Source: Octopus sinensis (lineage: Eukaryota). Taken from it: a stretch of DNA of 64,000 nucleotides. The position numbers were made by a program, and so were the translations under genes. This document shows, piece after piece, positions 15,281 through 29,330 of this stretch (position 1 is its first letter; each line of letters opens with the position of its first letter). Location: the NCBI RefSeq assembly GCF_006345805.1, contig NC_043018.1, positions 24,862,001 to 24,926,000 on the forward strand, in the 5' to 3' direction. Under the pieces are notes generated by a model, which was not told the origin of the DNA, made no database searches, and saw nothing but the letters and a program-made list of their open reading frames with translations.

Positions 15281-17589
15281 ATTATTATTATTATTGTCAT
15301 CATCATTATTATTATTGTTGTTATATTCGTGAATCAGGTCACTGTTGGTTAATGGAATATTATTGTCATCATTTTCATGTGGTCTGTGCACTTGTAAAGC
15401 TCATTCATGAAATCCATTGTGTGACTACCACACAAATAAATATCTGAGCAGATATCTAATGGATGACAATGGTAGTGATGATGATAATGATGATGATGAT
15501 GGGATTGATGATGATGTTGGTGATGGCTGTGGTGATGGTGTCAGTGATGATGATGATGGTGGTGCTGGTGATGGTTGTGGTGGCAGTAGTGATGGTGGTG
15601 GTGATGGTGCTAAAAATGAGGATGGTGATGGTATTGGTACTGAAGATGAGGATGATGGAGATGGGAGCAGGGTGATGAAGCTGATGGTGATGAAACAGAA
15701 ATATTGTAAATTAGTGGAGAAGAGTTAAGAATTATCACAGGCTTCCCAGATGTTGTCCAAAACACACACACACACACACACACACATGGACAAACAGACA
15801 GATATGTACACATCAACACAAATACATGGCTACAAACACACATCTACACACAAACACACATACATTCACACACATCCACATCCCCAAACAAACACACACA
15901 TTCACACTCGTACACACACACACAGATACAATCATAGTTACACTGATACACATTCACACACAAACACACACATATTCTAAATTATGCACACACACACACA
16001 CATACATTCACACTGACATCCACACACAAAACACACACACACACACTCACACACACAAACACTATCTCATACACACAGTCTTATACAAACACTCTCTCAC
16101 ACACATACACACACACACACAACCATACAGCCACATTTAACCTGATGCCCACCCCATCATCATCCTCTTCACCACCACCACCACCACCACTACTACTATA
16201 CACAGGAATGAAGGGAGGGGTGAGGGGTAAGGGGGAGCAGAGCATTAAAAAAAATTCTAGTGGTGGGGTTGGGAGACTGGGGGTGGGTGGGCACATATTT
16301 GGTAATTTAGAAACTGATCCAAAGCTGAACCCAGGTAATAAGTAAAGTTCAACATTTCAATCCACCCCACAACTCACCACCCCCGTCCGTCGCCCCCTCC
16401 CCCACCGCCACCCATCTCCCAATTTACCCAGCAGCACGTGCCAACACAGGAGGCATTCTATGTGGTCAGCTGACCTGCTAGAAATAGCAGTGAAATCACC
16501 CTTAACTCAACATCCTTATTATCTTAGAAAGATAAGGAACAAGCTAGATAACGAGGTTCTGACTTTCCTTGCAAACTTATGCGTAAGACAGGGTGGCTAT
16601 GGCTGGAATGTCAGATCATTGATCGCTCATTCAGAACTGGCCAAGGATTAAACTACATCATCATCATTAACATCATCATTGTTAATGTTGAAGGAGGAAC
16701 TTAAACATGACCACTCATTATGTTAGAAACAGCAGCCGAATCACCTCTCTTAAATCACACATACATACTCTGTTGCCTTAAAAATAAAGGAAAGATACAC
16801 TGGACTATACAGTCCTAGATACACAATGCCTTAATATAATGAAGTGTGATGGTCGTGGTTAGAATGTCTTTGAAGACAGGTCTGTTCATTCTGGATATTT
16901 TACCTGATACTAAAAATGATGATGACAATATGATATCATCATCACTTCTACAACCATCATCATCACCATCATCACCAGCACCACCCTCACCATCATCATG
17001 ATGCCTATCACCACAACCATCATCATTATGATTACCACCACCATATGGATGAGGAGGAAGAGTGGGAGGAAGGTAGCAGAGCAAGTTCCAGTGATGGATG
17101 GAGCAATGTTTGATTAAGTGAGGAATGGGTGGTGGTGGTGGTGGTGGGCAAACCCAGTAGCCCCAAGTTAGGCAGGGTAACAGAGTCACCTTCACACACA
17201 CACACACACACACACACTTGTATGCATAGATGCACGCACGCAACCTCACCATCTGTTCCCCCTCACCTCACCTCACTCCCCACCTGCTCTGCCACCTCTT
17301 CCGTTCCACGCACCCCCATCCCCCCACCTTCCGTTTCACTTTCACCACCACCCCTAACCCCCTGCCACCAGCAGCTTCCACGTGCCTGCCTGCCTCCCCG
17401 GGGTATCACCATGGAAACACTCCCCAATTTATCATTCCATGTCATGTTTGACAATGTTTATGAGAAAATAATGATACGTCCACACCCTCCCCCTTTCCCT
17501 TCTCCCCCACCCCTACAGGTAATTCCTTCTCTTCATACATACATACATATTGTTGTTGATACTCATGCTGTGGTTGTTGTTCTTGTCTT

Positions 17590-17631
17590 GCCTCTACTTC
17601 AGGTTATTTCTACCATATGTCTGTTCAATTG

Positions 17632-17663
<32 letters not shown>

Positions 17664-18060
17664 CTCCCTCTATCTCTCTCTTCCTCCACTTCTCTCTGAC
17701 ATTCTATTTCTTTAAGTCTCTCCTTCACTCACACTCCCTCTCATATTCTACCTACATCTAAAACTCTCTCCCTACCTCTCTCTCAGATATTCTATTTCTT
17801 TCTAAATCTTTCTCCTTCCTCCTCTCTCTTCTGTTTCTCTAAGTCTCACCGGCCTTCACTCACTCTCTCTTCCTCTCACTTTCTAATATTCTATCTCTCT
17901 CTAAAACTCCTGCCTATCTCTTAACCCCTCTCTGATATTCTAACTTTTCCTAAATCTCTCTCTTCCCCCACCTTTCTGAAATTTTATCTCTCTAAATCTC
18001 CCTCCCTCTGTAATATTCTCTCTCCCTCTCTTTGTTCGTCTCTCTCTCTCTCTCTCTGCG

Positions 18061-18114
<54 letters not shown>

Positions 18115-18219
18115 CTCTTTCCAACATCCAATATACCCACTACATCTTATCTGTCACTTTCTTTCATACCAGATACTCGCATTTTCAAGCTACTTCTCTC
18201 TACGTCCATTTTTCACATC

Positions 18220-18255
<36 letters not shown>
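17590..18255. repeat. Long polypyrimidine/(CT)n tract (similar at 43200-43450 and 54380-54700)
   Basis: About 650 bp, strongly C/T-biased on +, with (CT)n runs. Confidence 0.85.
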
Positions 18256-18271
<16 letters not shown>

Positions 18272-18611
18272 TGCATTCACCTTGTCACAAGTGCGCACAC
18301 AAATGCATAAGAGAGGTCCTCTTTAGGAAAATAATATAGTATTCTGTGTTCTAACACAACATAAGCAATGAGAAAATTGAGGAAGAGTTTAAGTCCCAAT
18401 AAGTTAAAACAATTGAATAAAGAATAAGGTAAATAAACTAGGTTGCATGGTAAGAAGCTTGCCTCCCAATCATATGGTTCTCGGTTCAGTCCCACTGCAT
18501 GGTACCTTGGTCAAGTGTCTTCTATTATAGCCTCAAGCTGACCAAAGCCTTGTGAGTGGATTCTATTGATCTCTGCTGAACCTCTAAGCTATGGGAGTAG
18601 AAACACAGAGA

Positions 18612-18646
<35 letters not shown>

Positions 18647-20661
18647 GCTGAAAGAAGCCTGTGGTATATTTATATCATCATCCTCATCATTTAACGACTG
18701 CTTTCCATGCTGGCATAGGCTGTACGGTTTGACTGGGAACTGTCAAGCCAGGCTCCAATCTGATTTGGTAAGGTTTCTACAGCTGGATACCCTTCCTAAT
18801 ACCAACCACTCCAAGAGTGTAGTGGGTGCTTTTTACATTCCACTGGCATGGGTGCCAGTCAGGCGGTACTGGCAATGACCATGTTCAAATGGTGGTTTTT
18901 AAGGCATGGGTTTTTTTATGTGCCACTGGCATGGGTGCCGGTCAGGTGACACTGGCATTGGTGATGGTCAAATAGGGTTTTTTATGTGCCACTGGCATGG
19001 GTGTCAGTCAGGTGACACTGGCATCAGCCACACTTAAATGGGGCTTTTTACGTGCCACCAGCATGGGTGCCAGTTAGGCAGCATTGGTATTGACCACACT
19101 CGAATGGTGCCCTACCATCGCTTGACAACCAGTGTTGGTGTGTTTACATCCCTGTAACTCAGTGATTCAGTAAAAGAGACCAACAAAGTAAGTACAAGGC
19201 TTTAAAAAAATGTTCCAGGATTGATTTGTTCAACCAAAATCCTTCGAAAGAGTGCTCCAGTATGACCACAGTCAAATGACTGAAACAAGCCAAAGGAAAA
19301 GCTGGCAGAATCGTTAGCACGCTGGACAAAACGCTTAGTGGCACTTCATCGGTCTTTATGTTCTGAGTTCAAATTCTGCCAACGTTGACTTTCCCTTTCA
19401 TTATTTTGGGGTCGATAAAATAAGTACCAGTTGAGTACCGGGGTTGATGTAATCGTCTCACCCAATTCCCTGAAATTGCTGGCCTTGTGGTAACATTTGA
19501 AACCAATATTTAACACTGATGGAACTGGTGTATTCTGGAAGGAATGTCAAAGAGAACTTTTGCATGAAGTACAGAAAAAAATACTCCAAAAAAAAAAAAG
19601 ACAAAAAACTGGTCAATGAGTTCAAAGCATTGAAAATTTGAATCACATTGTTATTATGTAATAATCCATTGTGTGACTTTCATAATCTCATTATTAATTA
19701 ATAGGATGGCTCTTAATCCAGTTGCATTGAGAGGATTGAATAAAAACATTCTTCCATTTCATTAGCAAATACAAAAAGAAAGAGAAAGAAAACAGAAACC
19801 CATGGATGACTGACTACTGCAAAAAAAAAAAAAAATGGTTTTGTTGGAACATTGTTTCTGAAGTTGGAAATTTATACAAAAGGAAATAAAGGTGATTCCA
19901 GAACACTGCTAGCAATTGATGACACGCCATAGAATCACTGATGTTTACGATCTGTTCTAACCACTCAGCAGGACACACCAGAATGCCTTATCATTCTCAT
20001 TTTCTTTACACAATGTGACACAGTGGAGGCGTGTGGCTTGGTGGTCAGGGTGTCAGACTCATCATCATCATCGTTTAGTGTCCGCTTTCCATGCTAGCAT
20101 GGGTTGGACAGTTCGACCTGGGTCTGGGAAGCCAGAAGGCTGAACCAGGCCCAATCTGATCTGGCAATGTTTCTATGGCTGGATGCCCTTCCTAACGCTT
20201 TTTACGTGCCAGACGAGGCTGGCAAACAGCCACAATTGGATGGTGCTTTTTACATGCCACCGGCATGGGGGCCAGGCGAGGCTGGCAACGGCCACGATCG
20301 GATGGTGCTTTTTACGTGTCACCGGCACAAGGCCAGTTGAGGAAGCGCTGGCAATGGCCACGTTCGGATGGTTCTCTTACGTACCACCGGCACTGGTATC
20401 ACAGCTGCAATTTCCATTGATGTTGATCGATTTCGATTTTGAAGATTGTGTTTTCAGTTCCTGGACTGGGTGATGTGTTGTGTTTTTGAGCAAAACACTT
20501 CATATCACGCTGCTCCACTTCACTCAGCTGGCAAAAGTGAGTAACCCTGCAAGGTGCTGGCATCCCATCCAGGTGGGGAATATATAAGCCATTGAAATTG
20601 GGTTACTGGCCTTATGAGTCAGTATGATGCAAGAAGGTAACTTTACCTTTTTTTCTTTTTT

Positions 20662-21010
20662 GGGACAGGCGTAGCTGTGTGGCAAGTTGCTTACCAACCA
20701 CATGGTTCTGGGTTCAGTCCCACTGTGTGGCACCTTGGGCAAGTGTCTTCTACTATTGTGTTGGGCCAATCAAAGCCTTGTGAATGGATGTAGTAGACGG
20801 AAACTGAAAGAAGCCTGTCATATATATATCGCTTGACAACTGATGTTGGTATGTTTACATCCCTGTAACTTAGCGGTTTGGCAAAAGAGACCAATAGAAT
20901 GAGTACTGGGCTTCCAAAGAATAAGTCCTGGGATTGATTTGTTCAACTCAAGGCAGTGCTCCAGCATGACTGCAGTCAAATGACTGAAACAAGTAAAAGA
21001 ATAAAAGAAT
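20662..21010 (+). mobile_element. Family B SINE (further full or partial copies near 4690-4820, 8480-8640, 11865-12060, 18450-18660, 24940-25050, 25630-25870, 27800-27990, 28430-28590, 38060-38260, 39690-39800)
   Basis: Same head, body and tail motifs as 41399-41899. Confidence 0.78.
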
Positions 21011-23000
21011 ATATCGTTGCTATTATGTTAAACTGTCATATGTCCAAATGCGTGTTTTTCAATATATATATCTTTGCTTACAATAGCCGGTTCTTTTGGT
21101 AAAACTATCATATCTCCAGCTGCTTCAGATGCCAGGATATCAAAAATCATCAGAGTGTAATACAACAGTTTTGCTATGCAATGGTGAGACAATTTTTTCA
21201 TTTTCTGAAAAAGCAACATTTTGGACTTACAACATATTATATATATATATATATATATATATACCATAATCATCATTAGTTAACATCTGGTTTCCATGCT
21301 GGCATGGGTTGGACAGGGGCTGGCCAAGCAGAAGGCTGCACCAGACTTCTTTGTCTGTTTTGGCAGGGTTTTTATGACTAGATGCCCTTCCTAACACCAA
21401 CCACCCTGTAGTTGGGCTCTCACACACACACGTGTGCGTGTTTTTGTCCTCCACAACTGCTCGACAACTGCTGTTGGATTGTTAACCTCCCTGTAACTTA
21501 GCAGTTTGGCAATAGAAACTAATAGGCTTCAAAATAATAAAAATAAATAAATACTGGGGGGTCAATTTGTTCGACTAAACCCTTGAAGGCGGTGTCCCAG
21601 CAAGGCTGCAGTCCAATGACTGCAACAAGCAAAGGACATAAAAGATCTGTATAACAAAATACTGGACGATGGAGGGAAATAAAAGCAGCTGAGTGTTATG
21701 GCAAAGCAAAATTTAATATTCTGTTTTGTGGGATGAAGATAATTGCAACAGCAATTTGTGAATTAATGTAATTGTCCTTGGTGCATGTCAGAAGGCCATT
21801 TTTCCTGGATTAGTTTGGAGTTGCGGTGATTCTGGAACCAGGAAAATTCTAAACTCTGATATAATCAATATCGTGTATTCAATAGGAGGTGAAGGATTGC
21901 ATGATTTAGTCATTGAAGGACTCGTTGAACTGTTTAGAGAATATGAGATAATGAAGAAGATTTAGTAGTTGTCATGGTAACCGTAATTGTAGGAGCCTAT
22001 CTAATTACCTTATTTTGTTGTGAGATGTCTATTCCTTATCAAAGAGTATAAACTGTTGTGATACTCATTAGATTAAAATAGTAAAATATTTTATGTTTTA
22101 TGTTTAAAACAACCAGATCTGGTCTCTCACACCTACCCAACAATGTCATGAACAAAGCTATGAGACAGTGCATGATTGATTCAAAACAATGTGAATAAAT
22201 AAGTATTACATTTAATGGAGTAATCTGAATAACAAAGGATTAAACCAGCCATGTCTAACTCAGATATTCTAGCTGTTTTACATTTAAAATTACCAGATCT
22301 CATCTCTCACACCTATCCTACAATGTCATTCTAGTGACATTAGCGGTTCAGCAAATGAGAGTGATAGAATAAGTCTCGCAGTCAATTTGTTCAACTAAAA
22401 TACCCCGTCGAGGTGGTGCTCCAGCATGGCCACAGTCAAATAACCGAAACAAGTAAAAGAGTAAAAGAATGAAAATGTGTGATTTGAGGGAGATTTGGCT
22501 GGTTTGTTTTCCCAGCAACTCCAGTTTGGCCTTGATCAATAAATAATGTTCCATCCATGACATTCACATCAGTGTATCTATGATTACATCATCCAGTTAC
22601 CTTCCAATTTATCTTTTAGAAAAAAATGGCATAATATGTAAATGGGAGAGACATTTGGTGAGTGTGTGTGTCTGTAAGAGCATGCGTATGCATGAGTGTG
22701 AGTGTGTGTGTGGGTATGCATGACTGTGTGTGTGTGCATGCATGTGTATATGCGTGAGTGTGTGTGTAAGTAAAAGTATATGTATAAGAGTGTCTGTATT
22801 TATATATATTTGAATGTGTGAGTGTCTATATAAGACTGCTTGAGTATGTGTAAGTGTGTGTGTAAAAGTATGCGTATAAGAGTATATGTGTGAGAGACAG
22901 AGAGAGAGTGTGTGTGTGTTAAGCCTCTGTGTGTGTACATATAAGTATGTGTAAGAGTGTGTTTGTGTATGTGTATCTAACCATGTGCATGTATGTAAAA

Positions 23001-23041
<41 letters not shown>

Positions 23042-25927
23042 AGTGTGTGTGTGTTTATAAATATGAGTGTTATTCAAAGTATATTGAATGTTATTAGCAA
23101 CGAGAGACTGAAAATGGTAAAATTAAGTGCTGAGGTGTTGCTGCATTCTGCCACGTTCCTCTGCCTGGATCTTAATATACCTCAGGGCGGGGTGGGGGTG
23201 GGGGTTAGTGGTAAGGGACAAACAGAGGGTGAGAGAGTGGGGGGTAGATGGATTCTTATCGAGTGTATGCCCGTCCCAAAGAGCATCGCTTTAATCCAGG
23301 AGAAGTGGTTTGTACTGGAACTGGAAAGCATAACCAGCAGATCCGAAACGAGAGTTTGGCAGGAACCGAGTGACACCAAACCTCGTGCCACCACCTCTGC
23401 TGCTGCCCCAGAGTCACCACCACTACCATCATCACCACCACCACCGTCATCACCACCACCATCACTGCCACCACCGCCTTCACCACTATCACCACAGCTA
23501 TATCACCAGCTTCAGAGCTACTACCAATCATTGCCACCATCATCACCACCACCACAATTATAAGTATGTCCATGCCGTCATGGTGGCATTATCACCACCG
23601 ATGCCCCTACTGTAGCTCTGCCCACCCCACTCCCCATTACCCTGGTGGCACCACTGACAGAGCTCTTGCGGACACTTCCTTCCTAGCACCATGACAACCT
23701 GCACCACCAGTCACTACCACCACCACCACCATCAGCACCCTTAAGACCAACATAGTCACCTTTGTGGCTGCCATCGCTACAATCAGTACCACTCTTACCA
23801 CCTCCACCATCACCACTACCAACACCTATGTAACTACCACCAATGCCACCACCACCACCACTACCACCAACATCATCACCACTAGTACTTATGCAACTAT
23901 CACCACTACCACCACCACACTACCGCTGCCACCGCCACTAGTGATTAAAAATTACATGCGATGAAGATTTAGGGAGGATTTCTAAACAGGAAAGAGAGCA
24001 AAACAAGAATATCAAATAACAGAGAGCAGAGGGATTATACAAACACGTACAAATTGCAAATGATTGAACTAATTAAACGTTATTTTGCAATATAAATTAA
24101 TTAGTTACACCAACATTTAGTTGTTAATGAGATGAAAATATTCCTTGTGTTTTTTTTTAGCCATGTCAGTATGTTCCAAGATCATATTACAAGAGCGTCT
24201 GTTTTGCCAAGTTTTGAGGCTTCCTACGAGAAGAGGGAGCATAGCCTAGCGGTTAGAGTGCTGCATTTGGGATTGCAGGATCGTTATTTCAATTCTTAGA
24301 CTGGATGATGCATTGTGTGCTTGAGGAAAATGCTTCATTTCACGTTGTGCTGTGATTGCTTTGACACCTGACGTCTGGCACTCTGCGCACCTGGACAGGT
24401 AACATTGATTTGAGAAAAGGAGTGAGCTTAATGTACGGTACAAACATTTGGTCACTACAAGCAAATCATTTGTAGAGGTTAGTCCGCAAGAAATTGCAGA
24501 ATACCCTCATCTGGTGTCTATGTGGTTAGGGTGTTGAACTCTTCATCTTGCGATAGTGGTTTCAATTCCTGGACTGGACGGTGTATTGTGTTCTTGAGCA
24601 AAACATGTCATTTCGCATTTTTCTTTGCTTCCCAACCACATGGTTCCAGGTTCAGCCCCACTGTGCAAGTATCTTCTACTCTAGCCTTGGGCAGCTCAAA
24701 GCCTTGTTAGTAGATTTGGTTGACAGAAACTGAAATACGCCCATTGTATATATATATGAATGCTCAAAATGAGGAGTTGATAGACAGCCAACAACTGATG
24801 AAAGGTCATTTCTCTGTGTTTATTTGTCCGGTTTTCCATATTTTTTCTCGTTGTTTACATATTTAACTTGTTTGTTTATGTATTTCATGTTTGCACAGTT
24901 GATGTCCTGTACCCATATATGCATGCATATATATATATATATATAAAGCGACAGTGGAAGACAATTGCCCAAGATGCCATGGAGTGGGACTGAACCCAGA
25001 ACCATGTGGCTGGGAAGCAAACCTCTTAACCACACAGCCATGACTGCACACGTACATTCACCTACATAGACACACACACACACACAAACATACATGCATG
25101 CATACACACGTCCATACATGCATACATACGTGTCCATAGATGCCTACATACATACACAGCACATATCCATACATGCAAGGATACATACATACATACATGT
25201 GTCCATGCATGCACGCATACATACATATCTGTCACTACATGCCTGCATGCATACACATGTACACACACATACATACACACACACGTTCATACATGCAGGC
25301 AAGCATACATACACACACACACATATCCTTACCTACCTACATACATACACTCACACATGTTATCCAATCAATGATAGGGGGGAAAAGATGGGTTATCATG
25401 TAGTAAAGAAAATATCCCTTCCACCCGCCCACCCGCCCACCAGAAAAAAATCCCCCAAAAACATCCAAAATATTCCAGCCACCCACGTTGTCGTTTCTCC
25501 TTCAGGCTAACAAACAACGTTCTGGTCACAGACCATTTTGTGGGTCTTTCAATTGGGGTGGGGAGTGGGATGGGGGGCATTCACCCACACATTCCAGGAA
25601 CAGTAAAGGACATGATTACAACAGAAAATTCAGTGGCTGTGTGGTAAGAAGCTTACTTCCAAACCACATGATACCTGGTTCAGTCCCACTGCACGGCACC
25701 TTGCAAAAATGTCTTCTACTATAATCTAGGACTGATCAATGACTTGTGAGTAGATTTGTTACATGGAAACTGAAAGAAGCCTGTCATGTATGTGTGTGTG
25801 TGTGTGTGTGTTTCCTGCTTGTTTAAGAACTGGTGTTGATGAGTTTATGTCCCTATCACATAACAGACAGAAAGTCACACATACAAAGTTACACATACGC
25901 GCGCGCGCACACACACACACACATATA

Positions 25928-26152
25928 TTTCTTTACTATCCACAAGGGGCTAAACATAGAGGGGACAAACAAGGACAGACAAAGGGATTAAGTCAATTAC
26001 ATCGACCCCAGTGCATAACTGGTACTTAATTTATCGACCCTGAAAGGATGAAAAGCAAAGTTGGCCTCGACGGAATTTGAACTCGGAACGTAATGACAGA
26101 CAAAATACGGCTACGCATTTCACCCGGCGTGCTAACGTTTCTGCCAGCTCGC
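25928..26152 (-). mobile_element. Family A SINE, minus orientation (similar copy at 37400-37618)
   Basis: Reverse complement of the family A head/body (ctgccagctcgc end, gaatttgaactc box B). Confidence 0.8.
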
Positions 26153-26164
26153 AGGAAAAAGGAC

Positions 26165-26386
26165 AACAAAAACCAAGGTAGGACAGGTATCTCAAGTCAT
26201 TTAGAATATTTAATTAGGGTAAGGTGAATTTGAAGTGATAGCCTAGCATGTCCGTACACCAGGTATTCCCAGTGTACGGACATGCTAGCCTATCACTTGG
26301 GATATCCCACAAACAGCTGTAAGACTTCAAATTCACCTTTAAATATTCTAAATGACTTGAGATACCTGTCCTACCTTGGTTTTGTT
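26165..26386. repeat. Nested inverted repeats
   Basis: Perfect 42-bp (26171-26212/26340-26381) and 16-bp (26221-26236/26324-26339) arms, plus an inner 27-bp hairpin (26233-26259/26272-26298). Confidence 0.88.
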
Positions 26387-26529
26387 GTTCATCATCATCA
26401 TTTAATGTCCGCTTTCCATGGTTTGACTGAGGACTAGCAAGCCAGGAGGCTGCACCAGGCTCCAATCTGATCTAATATAATATATATATATATATAATCA
26501 GAATAAGCAACAAGGATATCCAAGGTAGA

Positions 26530-26615
26530 GTAGTACAATTGTTTCATGCTACTTCATTTTATTAAACACTGTAAGTATTACATCAGTTTTAAAATGTCGA
26601 GCAGTCTTCAGCCAC
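26530..26615 (-). ncRNA. Minimal type I hammerhead motif
   Basis: Minus strand: gtgg CTGAAGA ctgct...agcat GAAAC AATT GTA ctac; stems I and II can pair. Confidence 0.55.
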
Positions 26616-28130
26616 ATATAGAATTTTTCAATTAAACGGACAATGCACATTCTTATACTTATTTTTTTTGCCAACACAGGTAAATGAAATAAGTATAATT
26701 GTTTGTCCCCTACTGTTTGACAACTGGTGTTGGTGTGTTTACATCCCAGTAACTTAGCAGTTTTGCAAAAAAGACCAATAGGACAAGAACTAGGGTTTAG
26801 AAAATATGTTCTTAGAATGATTTGTTTGACTAAAATCCTTCACACACACACACAGACGTAAGTATACAGGGAAGCACACACACACGTATATATAGCAAAA
26901 TACAGACAGACAGACACACACACAACATGCTAACAGAAAGGCACACACTGACATACTCAAACATACACATGCAGAGACCTGTAAACACACACACACACAC
27001 ACACACCCACCCATCTCGTAGTCTCTGACACATCTGGAAGTGAACAACTGCTAAAAATGTCCTGGAACCCTCAATAGGCCAACAGGTCACCTTCTGTCAA
27101 AAATCAGGTTCTCTCCACCGACCCCCTCCACCCCCACCTTTGTACTGTGTCTGGAGGCAAACCAGCTTGTCAGAGACTTTCCTATGGTTTCTCCCCCACC
27201 CACCCACCCACCTAACTAATTACCTACAGCTGGAGATACAGGTAAGAAGAACACAAGAAGGAAAAAAATAGTTGTATCCAAGGAAACAAGCAATGATGGT
27301 CTGATGGATTGTGTTGGCAGCTAGTGTTTGTGTGTGTGTGTGTGCATGTGCCTGTTTGTATATGTCTATATACATGTATATGCATCGATATATGTTTTTG
27401 CATGCGTGTGTATTCGTATGTGTTGATATACATGTGTGTGAGTGTTTATATTTGTCTATATACATGTTTGTGTGTATGCATGTGAGTGTGTGCCGGTGTA
27501 TGAGTGAGTACTTGTGTGTGTGTACCTGTGTGTATATGTTTGTATGTGTCTATATACATGTGTTTGCATATATTAGTGCACGCGTGTGTATGTATGTGTG
27601 TGTGTGTGTATCCCTGTGATTATGTGTGTGTCTCTGCATATGTTTGTATGCATCTATCCTTTGACCTGTCCAGCATGGAAGACCTTACAAGGAGCTTGCA
27701 CTTTGCTGACATAGCTCTCAGGATTAGTGAGGCATGTGAGCCACCACATCTCAACAAGAACTAGACTTCGTAGTGGACATATCTTTTACCTTTTAGCATC
27801 TACTTCTTTCAGTCACTTTTCTGTGGCCATACTGGGGCACCGCCTTGAAACATTTTAGTCAAACAAATTGACTCCAGGACTTTCTTTTTTTAAAGCCTAG
27901 TACTTATTCTATCATTCTCTTTTGCCAAACTGCTAGGTTACAGGCACATAAATACACCAAGTGATGGTGGAAACGCAGACATACACACACACATATGAGA
28001 GGTTTTGATATCCAGACGATCCAAAAGGAAGGTAAGGCTATGTAAGTGCTACAGAAAGACCAGTGTTAGATTCCCGGTTCAATAATAGTGTGAGTGAGGA
28101 GACTAACACTGGTCATGTGTGTGTGTGTTT

Positions 28131-28418
28131 GTTGAATAAAATGAGACAAAAAAAGCCAAGGCAGAGTGTGATTTCTAGGACATTTATAAAGAGAAAGGTA
28201 ATCTTATTGCTGTTTCAAGGATATAAAGGATATCCCACCATCAGAGACGATATGAGGGAATTGGACCCTACTATTTCCTCCACTTTAACTCTCTCATATC
28301 ATCTCTGATGGTGGGATATCCTTTATATCCCTGAAACAGCTGTAGGATTACCTTTCCCTTTATAAATGTCCAAGAAATCTCACTCTGCCTTGGCTTTGTT
28401 GTCTCATTTTATTCAACA
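28131..28418. repeat. Imperfect inverted repeat, ~130-bp arms, ~30-nt spacer, hammerhead in each arm
   Basis: gttgaataaa...atatgaggga versus tctctcatat...ttattcaac. Confidence 0.85.
28301..28348 (+). ncRNA. Hammerhead motif with variant core CTGATGG; inverted partner at 28201-28249
   Basis: atct CTGATGG tgggatat..atccct GAAAC AGCT GTA ggat. Confidence 0.5.
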
Positions 28419-29190
28419 CACACATATATGTGATAGGCTTCTTTCAGTTTCCATCTACTAAATCCACCCACAAGGCTTTGGCCGGCCCAAGGCTATAGTA
28501 GAAGACACTTGCCCAAGGTGCAATGCAGTGGGATTGAACCTAGAACCATGTGGTTGGGAAGCAAACGTCTTACCACACAGTCTGTGCCTATCTTAACACC
28601 TTACCACACCTGTGCCTATCTTAACCCTTCAGTGTTCAGATTTCAAGGATGTGGTTGCTTATTTTCAGGCTGGATCTGGCTTTCTCTAACATAAAACAGG
28701 AGAAATACTTAGGCTGGATATGGCAGGTTTAAATACGAAAGGATTAACAAGTCCTTTTATTTCAATGAGGTAAGGTGGGATTTGAAGAACATTTTGGTTG
28801 CTATTTCTAGCAAGTGGTCTAGTGACAACATAGCAGCTTCCTCATTACCCAGGCTGTGTGTTAATGAACTGCATTTGGTGTTAACTGCGGAGGTTCTTTT
28901 GGTAAGAATCTGCCAAGATAAGGTGGTAGTGGTTCATCAAAGACTATCAGCCATCATCGCAACACACAGATGTCTGATAAGATTGGAGATGTTATCAAAC
29001 AGTAAATTACCATTCCACACTATTCTTTGCCACCCACACCATTCCTGCCCATTCCAATACCATTTCTTAAGAATTCATTTCAACATTCTTAGCTTTTTTT
29101 CTTAGAACATTATATCAGTAAGCAACACACACACACAAATATATATATATATATACACATATCCAGACAGGTATAGAGATAGAGTAATTG

Positions 29191-29232
<42 letters not shown>

Positions 29233-29330
29233 TATATATATATTTATGTGTGTGTATGTGTGTGTATAATACTATTATGGACATTTATTGATTGTAGGTG
29301 CATATATAAGTTTTGAATTTTATATATAAA

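Noticed and set aside
21770-21965. 68-codon + frame and minus RIFLVPE resembling NT5C2 WRTFLVIPE
   Set aside because: No GDHIFGD motif, an in-frame stop on minus, and no start or acceptor on plus.
24161-24240. Strong + acceptor followed by SMFQD
   Set aside because: Wrong strand for NT5C2, no donor, and runs into a SINE head.
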